From contig OZ231126.1 of assembly GCA_965153355.1 (NCBI GenBank), positions 1,984,001 to 2,048,000 on the forward strand: a stretch of 64,000 bases of DNA, written 5' to 3'. This DNA is from Flaccisagitta enflata. Taxonomy: Eukaryota. This document shows positions 55,943-64,000 of the stretch, piece by piece. The notes beneath the pieces were generated by a model. It worked only from the letters and a program-made list of their open reading frames with translations, made no database searches and was not told where the DNA came from. Both the position numbers and the translations under genes were made by a program. Within the stretch, counting starts at the first letter, position 1. Every line of letters begins with the position of its first letter.

Positions 55943-58588
55943 CAGTAGATGTCGTCTAGACTTGGAAGTACGGGGGATTTCATTAAGAGAAGACAAATAA
56001 ACTTAATAGACCAATATTTGGGATATAAACTAATAAAAGGATGCTCTATTGTTTATGAGTGTTGGTTGCCATGGAAACACATTTCCATGTATACACGCTA
56101 AAGCATCAATATTTTGAGAAATTTTTTGAGAAAACAATGTTTAATATAGAATTTGCTAAAACTTTCCCACAAAATGTTCTGTCAGAGTGTTGCTCATTTG
56201 GCGGTTGCACAATGGTTGAATTGAAATCAGCGATTTTGGAGCAAAAAATGCAAGGATTCTCATGAAGTTTTCTCTTTCATATCTCTTACAATGAGGAGGG
56301 GAGAACAAAAATGGAGTTAAATTCCGTTAGAGGGAGTTAAAATAAGGGGGTAGGGAAAAAAAAGTAAAAAAAGATTTATTTTCCCCTTGTTATTGCAAGA
56401 AAAAGTGACAATGCCCCCATCATTCCTCATCAAAAAAGAATTTACACCATTGCGTAGAGGAGAAACAGACTATTCTAAATATATAAGCATATGTGCATAA
56501 ACTTGCCGGTTTGGGATTAAAAGCAGATGAAAAATCATTCTGGCAGCCATCACCTTCATCGACAATGTCCAGTTGAATCCCGATCTAGTCATCAACAGAA
56601 ATGGAAAAATGAGGAAGAGGAAGAGGATCAACAATTGGCAAGCTGAGGATGATGAAAAAAGGAAATCTTTAGATATAAAGCAGAGCACCCTGAATATTTA
56701 GAGGAGAGTCAGTGGCGTTATGCCATGATGCTCTCTTTTTATTAAGAAGTCTGGGGTTCAAGCCTCACAAAGAAGCTTTTTTTTGAAAGTGAATCAGGGT
56801 TTAAATGTAAGATAACTGTTATGCTTAACTCATTTAACCCATGGTTAGCCTGATAGGTTTATCTCAGATACCACAATTTAACAAAATAGAAAAGAATTCT
56901 CACAAGCTCATGAAAAAATAAAACTCAATGGTTTGCCTTCTTTGGGCAGCGGCCCCAAAGGGGCCGATGTCCTATGCTTTCACATATGGAGACATTTTTC
57001 TTTCTCCTTCTCCTCCTGCTTCTCTTATGTCTCCCCCTATCAAGACCCAAATTTCAGCATGGAGGCTTATACAGGGTGTACCAACTCAGTTGTAACATAA
57101 AGAATCGATGTATCTCTGCTTCTAAAAAAGGTATAATGATTCTGAAAAAAGTTCTAAAGAGCTTTTGAAAACCGATTTTTGCTTGATAGGAGAAAAATAA
57201 TGGGAAGGTATAAACAGCAGAGGAAAAAAGGCTTGGAAGTATATGCATTTTTGCTATAATTTTGCTATTTTCTATTGATTTCCAATATCAATTTCTCTTT
57301 GTTGGACTTTTATTTCTAAAATTTTTGACAAACATGTCAAGTTTGACTTTAAAAAAAACATATTTTATGTAATTAAAGAGAGTTCACAGAAAAACTCAGA
57401 TTTTTTTAAGTAGAATACTGTGATTTTTGCCAAAATCATGCTTATGAAAATCGAGGTTTTTTTAAAAACATGGTTTTGAAGGAAAGAAATGCAAAAACTT
57501 CACTATTTTGAAGATGTTTGTTATTGGGGCCAAAAACTAAAGCTAAAATCTTTGATTTAAGACCAATCTGAGGTCTGTAGCTCAATTTGTTTAGAAATGA
57601 GAGCCTTTTAAAGAAACAGTATCCATGGGCAACGACGGCCAAATTTGTATTATGAGAAATAGCTGCTTCACTTTAGGTTGTGAATGTGTAAGTTTTTTTA
57701 CAGGATTGATCTATTTCCTTTGCATGAGTAAAAATCGTTTTTTAAGAGCTTTTTGGAACTTTTTTCAGAATAAGATTATCTTCTCTAGAAGCTGAGATAC
57801 ATCGATTCTTTATGTTACAACTGAGTTGGTACACCCTGTATCCCAGCCTTGAGGCCCAAATCCCAGCCCCAAAGCTCAATTCCCAGGCTTGAGGCCCAAG
57901 ACCTAGCTTCAAGGCTCAAGGTTAAAGACTCAAATCAAAACCTTGAATTTAAATCCCAGCCAAGAAGTCCAAGAAGTCCTGATGAAATGCTAGATAGAGA
58001 AAAAAAATCTTTGAGGGGTTTGAACCCCTACCTCTGAATAAAGCCCAACAGTCGTACCACTGAACCAAATCACAATCTTTCATTCCAGTAATTTTTTTTC
58101 ATCATGCTCTTAAGTATTAGCAGAAGCCTTTCCTAAGTTGTTCTCATGTTTTTCATTACAACCTCTTGCAATCATTGCAATCTGATTAGAGTGCCCTCCT
58201 CTGCCATATACATGCATAACAGAAATTCAGAAGGTATATTCTCAACAGGGACTCCAATCAACCACTGTGGGTTGTTAGGGAGCATCACATGTCTATCACA
58301 CATAGTTAGGCTCCCTAGCAACAGCAAATCGAGAAATATTCTTACAGAACATACTGTGGGAAAGTTGTAGCAAATTTTATCGCAAACAATGTTCCCTCAA
58401 AAAATCTTCTCAAAATATTGATACTTTAGCCTGAATACATAGAAATATGTTTCCATGGGAACCAACACCCATGGGCAATAAAGCATCGTTTTAATAATCT
58501 ATATTCCAAATATCAGTCCCTTAATTAAATATATTTGTTTTCCTGTAATGAATTCCCCTGTATTTCCAAGTCTACACGACAACTACTG
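55943..58588. mobile_element. pogo/Tc1-like element inserted ~40 nt downstream of the lectin 2 stop codon
   Basis: TIR cagtagatgtcgtctagacttggaa / ttccaagtctacacgacaactactg; empty site gatagtatgtgtgacgc in copy 1 at ~34101. Confidence 0.8.
57072..57838. mobile_element. Tc1/mariner MITE nested in a HINE nested in the 55943 element
   Basis: Perfect TIR cagggtgtaccaactcagttgtaacataaagaatcgatgtatctc, TA TSD. Confidence 0.85.
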
Positions 58589-58627
58589 TTTGTCTGACGC
58601 TTTCATAGTTCTGAAATGTGGCTATAT

Positions 58628-58947
58628 TCATTTACATGCTATCCATGTAATCCACATGTAATCCGGTACATTGTCGCGGGACCAAACCTTAACGCCAATT
58701 TCTCCATGGGTTGTATTGAACGCACCAGTTCCAATTAACCAGCTCCAGCTTGGTTTTGAAGAATCAGATTTTGTATCAAGAAAGTCGAAAGCTTTGAGAG
58801 CGGCAATAATGGAAGGTCTGTGTGGGAAAGTAATTCCAAAGGAAATATCTATCCGGAAATAGTCAATCGGGGGCATTGTACTGGAGTCTTTAAGTTTTGC
58901 TGCAATTTCGAGTTGTTCATCACCCGTCACACATGATGTTTTTCCGG
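58628..58947 (-). CDS. Terminal exon, probable H-type lectin domain (lectin gene copy 2)
   Basis: Acceptor ttgctttcag at the same position and phase as copy 1; 47/70 aa identical to copy 1 from FGITF to WIACK*. Confidence 0.75.
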
Positions 58948-59662
58948 CTGAAAGCAATGAAGAGAACATACATGTTTATTTGTTAAATTTTGAATTTGTA
59001 AATATGATCAAAGTTTGCACGATCACAATGGCCAACATGAGATCTGAGTGAAAGTTCGATTAGCAAACTCGTATAGTGTTACTGCCAGCCAGCCAACCGT
59101 CTTGGATCAAGAAATAGTTAGTGAATCGAAGGAGAAGATTCCTTTGCGAAGGATGAAATGCTGTTCCCAGCGAAGAGTTAGGAGTGATGGACTCACATAC
59201 ATTCATGACTACCAGTAGGTGGCCGGCCAGGGTAAAAATGACCTATAGGTCAATGACGTATGAAAAATGACGGTTTGTTGTAGTAATCAGGTAACCAGGT
59301 AACCAGGAATTTTTAATCAGGTAGAATCATCTCCAATCAGTCCCATGTATATTGTTACCATCGGTAAGAGTATCACTGTCACAGTAACACTTAATTAAAC
59401 CACGAAAAGCATTTTCCTTGTTGGTCCAGTAAGATGAAATTTTACTGAAGTGTCTAGATACCTTTGGACTATCATAATCAAAATTTCATACTGCTATACT
59501 TGGTTGACTATCAGTCTTGAGGTACTTTTTTAAAAGTATAAATCTAACTGTTGCTGATGTAGCCCGATCCATAGCCCAAAGTACAACAGAACAACAAACT
59601 GTGACGTCAAGAGTTAGCGCTGGCTAATAGAAAATCATCAAAAATTCTTTTCTTCTACCCAC

Positions 59663-59788
59663 CTGCCACGTAGCAGTATCCCTGACCATAAGCCGGTACA
59701 ATACAACACGCTTCATCTCCAAAGCAGTCGGCATCCGTTTCACACGAATTACTGTCTCGGATTTGTTTACGCGGGGACGAACAAACTC
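59663..59788 (-). CDS. WAP/four-disulfide-core-like exon with 6 Cys: (G)VCSSPRKQIRDSNSCETDADCFGDEACCIVPAYGQGYCYVA
   Basis: Acceptor ttttcttgcttttaag, donor cag/gtgggt, 126 nt symmetric phase 1; C..D.DC.G...CC core is characteristic of WAP domains. Confidence 0.68.
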
Positions 59789-61677
59789 CTTAAAAGCAAG
59801 AAAAGTTTTCTTAGAGACGTATGAATTGAGTTGGGGGGGGGGGGGGAATGTCTTAAATGCTTTGTAAAAGGGGGGGGGGATTTGGTAGTGGCAAAAAGAG
59901 AAATAAGTAAATTAGATTTGATCCTTAGAACCTTTGATAACTACCAGGGCACTGTGCTTTTAAAACAAGTACCCCGGGGGTACAACGATGCGTCCACATG
60001 CGGCTTAGCTTGTTAAGAATGATGCAATATTGCATCAACCTTGTAGAATGATGCAATAATCTGAGATATTTCCAAGATTCTATGCATTTTCATCATTCTC
60101 AACTCGATCACCACGGACCAACCAACCAACTGACGGACGGACAAAGCCTCTTATAGAGATGCGTGGACGCATCTAAAAATTCTTAGTGGAAAGTCTTATT
60201 GGGAAAAAAATCGAAAAACGTTTTTCGATTTTTTGAGTTTCGCTTAGGAATTAATTTTTTCCATTTTCGCTTGAGATGTTTTGAGGAAGTTGGGTCACGA
60301 CTAGGCTCGCCCGAGGCTGGGGTTGAAATTGGTACAGGGTGAAAGAGGGCACTTTTTTACACCAGTCGTGGCATGGGGGATAGTCTGGGATAGACCGCCA
60401 GACAGAGGAAGTCTAGGCGACGATATATCGCTGAATTAGTCTGGAAATGAAACTTTCTTTATATTTCCACGAATTCAAAGGTCTCATTTGGCCAAAACAA
60501 ACGATCCCTTTTTGCTTCCGGCTCTGAAGCCTTCGCGATCAATGAATTCTGAATTAAATTCATTCTCTTTGAACTAAAAACCTCGTCCTGACGTCCGCTC
60601 CTGACCGGCTTTTTAGCTAGAAATCAGAGATTTCATACATATCCTACTAGCTAGAAATTAGCTCCGGATAGGATTTATTATGACTTGGTGACCCGCGGTG
60701 GTAAAACCTACCTACGTACTGACCACCTACCTAGACTCAGTCTGTACATACATACATACATACAGACAAGAGAGGGGGAGACAGACCCCCTCTCGAAAAC
60801 CCTAGCCCATTTATCTTGTCACGTAAAACGTTCCTTCGCCTCGAAAACAGAAAGCCTCAAGTTCATAAATTCAAGTTCGGCGTTCGCTCAAGAAAAAAAA
60901 ACACAAATCAGAACGAAAACTGATGAAAGACAAATGTTCGAACGATGATGACTAACGAAATGAACGTACGTACGTACAATTACACAGACATGAGTACTCA
61001 CTAAGACTTTATGTCCGTTCGACGGTCAGGGTGTCACTGTAAAGTGGAAAAATGAGCGAGCATGATAAACAAACGATGCATATTAGAATAAGCTGTCCGT
61101 ATGATAGAGGAGAGACGGACAGACACTTAGCCGAAAGTGACGGACGGACCGAACATCGGTCCTACGCACGCACCGTTGACCATTTAAGCCTTCTAAGAAA
61201 TTCGGAAGGAAAGGCCCGGGCGCAAAAACGTACTTCGAACCCTAAAACATTCGAATTCGAGACAAAGAAATGAAGAGGAAGGGAGAAAATAGGAGGAGGG
61301 GGGAGGCTGAGTGCGCTTTTCCCGGGTCCCGGGCATTGAAATCGGCGCATTCACTCTCTCTCTCAGCCTCAGACGACGATCTCTTCCTCAAGATAAAACT
61401 TTGTCCGTCTTGTGCGTATTACGATGATTAAAATCACAAAAAAAAACTATGACGCTTTTATAGATTATATTTCATAGTCAATCATCGTGATACGCAAAAA
61501 TAAGTTATGATCATGTTAGCTAAACTATTACATTATAAGAACGCTTATACACACATTTTATATGATATAAAAATTCTAAGAGAAAGTTTTCTTGACATAA
61601 AATGACGTTCTTATAAGGTAAAGTGCGGCCATATGAAGTGCTCAAGTAAATGCACACGCGAAAAGAAAATGCAGAAA

Positions 61678-63976
61678 CCCGCGAAGCGGAGAATTGAATG
61701 TCATTTGACATTTCTTAAACCTTTTTTTCTCTTTCTTTCAACCCGCTAAGCGGAGTATTCGGTTTTCCCGGAGGGGAAATAATTATTTTGTGTCGGTTTC
61801 CATGAAGGAAATAATTAGCATTTTCCACAAAAACAATAAGCATGCACACGCAATTACACAGAGCACTACTAGAAATAAGCCCGCTCAGCGGAGACACATA
61901 TTCACACAAACACGCACAAAAGCAAACTTTGTCGCACTCAATAAATGGAAATACTTTTCTGTTACCCGCGATGCGGAGGTCAACTATTACAAACAATGCA
62001 CTCAATTCCACTTTTGCTTTTCTCGCTTATTTAACCTTGATTCCCGCGAAGCGGAGAAAAACATACGATGTGATTCTGATTTCCGAATGATGCTAGATTT
62101 TTTTTCCTTTCACTCATTGCCTATTTAATTACTATTATTGAATGATACCCGATCCCGCGCAGCGGAGAAAATTGGCATATGGCAAAAAATGATAATAGTG
62201 ATGAATGAAATAGCCATGAATTAAAACCCGCACAGCGGAGAAAAATTGAAAAATAATCAGAATTTTAATTTTTATTCTTTTTTTTGTTTCTCGAATAAAA
62301 ATAAGATAGATTCATTCAATCTAACCAGTGATGTGACTCAAATATTCATTAAAATCAAACAAATGAAATAGCCTAACAAAATGAATTATGCATATCATAA
62401 ATGCCAAATCCATAATTTTAGAATATTTTATTTTAATAACATTATTCAAGCTAAAATAAGACAAGATTTTGTATATCAAAAATCCTGCAAAATACTGCAT
62501 ATTTAGCTGATGCCTACCCTTGTTTAAATGTCTAGACGGATGCCTAATTATTATTTCTGTTTTCATACCCGCTCGGCGGAGGTAGAATTATTGATTCTGT
62601 TTTCATACCCGCTCGGCGGAGGTAGAATTATTGATTCTGTTTTCATACCCGCTCGGCGGAGGAAAATGCATTTTTGATTCTGTTTTCATACCCGCCCAGC
62701 GGAGAAAAATGCATATTGTTTACTTCGGAAAATGTCGGATTAAGTTAGATATAACCTTTCCCACAAAGTGGAGGCATTAATAGGCACCTTACCCACAAGG
62801 TGGAGGCATTAATAGGTACCCTTCCCACAAGGTGGAGAACTTAATAGTAACTATTCCCACAAGGTGGAGACATTAATATTTATTTAGCAACTGCCCATTA
62901 TTGTACCCGCTATAGCGGAGGATTAAAACCATTAAAGCATGGGCGGATGCCCTAAACATTGCCCGCTAAGCGGAGGAAATTAGCTACTGGTAGCTTCGGC
63001 AGTATGCGCAAAAATTCCCCTAAGAAAGGGAGAGGTTCAATACCTTATGTTGACTAGGCTGAGGCCTAAGAATAGCCCGCTAGGCGGAGATAAAATACAT
63101 ATCCTTAGCTTCGGCAGAATGCGCAAATTTTTTGCTATGCTATAAAAAAAAAAAAAAAAAAAAAACTTTGCAACAATGTTAGGATCAATTAAAAATAATA
63201 GCGCATTATTAAAAATGATATGCATAATTCATCTTACCATAAACAGTATCATAAATTCTGAATAATATTACATAAACCCGTTGAACGGAGAAAACATAAT
63301 TGTGAGATTCAATTTCCTTTCTTAAGCCAAGAGCACCCAAGCTCACTCATGATTGAAGTTTTTTATTTTTAAAGAAAATCCTTAGTCATCAGAAGATACA
63401 GAAATGAAATCATAGAATAGCTACCAGCAAAATATCATTAAATTGTAATCAATACTAAAATCCCCGTAACGGATAAATGATTAATTATGAAAAATATTCA
63501 ATACTGGGCTAACTAATGGTTATTCAGTATGAATTGACTAAATCCCGCGAAGCGGAGAGTAAATGTTATGCCCATTACTATCTTTGACAGTATAGGAAAT
63601 TATTTTAATAACTCAAAATAACCATTAGTTGGCAGCTAGTAGAAAATTTTTTAAATGCTCAAACCCCAACAGGGAAGATATTGATACCCGCTAAGCGGAG
63701 GTAAAATCCATGATACACGTAGCATAAATTTAATATCAACACCCGCAAAGCGGAGAAATAATTTATGAGCATGAATCATGATTTTGATACTAATACCCGC
63801 GAAGCGGAGAAATATTCATGATGCATGAAACATGATACTTAATATTGATACCCGCGAAGCGGAGAGAAGATCATGATGCACGTAGCATAATACTTGATAC
63901 TGAAACCCGCAGAGCGGAGAGAAAAGAAATTAGTAATGCATAAAATGATACTTAATGCTAATACCCGCAAGCGGAG
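61678..63976 (+). repeat. Array of ~27 co-oriented CCCGC-N3-GCGGAG mini-palindromes, runs off the window end
   Basis: Copies at 61678, 61742, 61880, 61965, 62043, 62154, 62227, 62568, 62608, 62648, 62691, 62760, 62792, 62824, 62856, 62906, 62962, 63076, 63277, 63463, 63544, 63687, 63742, 63796, 63851, 63906, 63964. Confidence 0.9.
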
Positions 63977-64000
63977 ATAAATTCATGATACTTAATACTG

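Noticed and set aside
59831-59860. G-run + AATGT as a BEL/Pao PPT-LTR junction
   Set aside because: No internal retroelement sequence upstream (the WAP exon acceptor is ~40 nt away) and no second LTR or clear CA end.
61678-63976. CRISPR array interpretation of the hairpin repeats
   Set aside because: Repeat is only 14 bp with a variable centre, spacing ranges from about 32 to 340 bp, several spacers are related, there are no cas genes, and the context is eukaryotic.

Overview
AT-rich, repeat-saturated animal (probably invertebrate) nuclear DNA with no prokaryotic features. Nearly all listed ORFs are microsatellite or transposon noise. Reading splice sites by hand recovers three spliced, immune-type gene fragments that the ORF track largely misses. 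(1) A + strand gene (exons 551-728, 2632-2853, 10203-10325, 10555-11000) with an unassigned N-terminal region and a C-terminal SRCR domain. (2) A - strand gene (exons 38139-38056, 37211-37098, 35288-35172, 34836-34771, 34449-34145) encoding coiled coil + Gly-rich linker + probable H-type lectin domain. (3) A paralogous - strand H-type-lectin exon (58947-58628) preceded instead by a 6-Cys WAP-like exon (59788-59663). The two lectin genes sit in a tandem duplication whose non-coding 3' flanks look better conserved than the lectin exon itself. Each copy was later inflated by different nested transposons. The remainder is about 30 Helentron-associated (HINE/DINE-1-like) elements, Tc1/mariner-, hAT- and CMC-like MITEs, several long fold-back palindromes, a 5'-truncated LINE, a tRNA-derived SINE and microsatellites. 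The last 2.3 kb holds an unexplained co-oriented array of about 27 CCCGC-N3-GCGGAG mini-hairpins with pairing-preserving variants. All domain and family calls are by eye; no database search was run.
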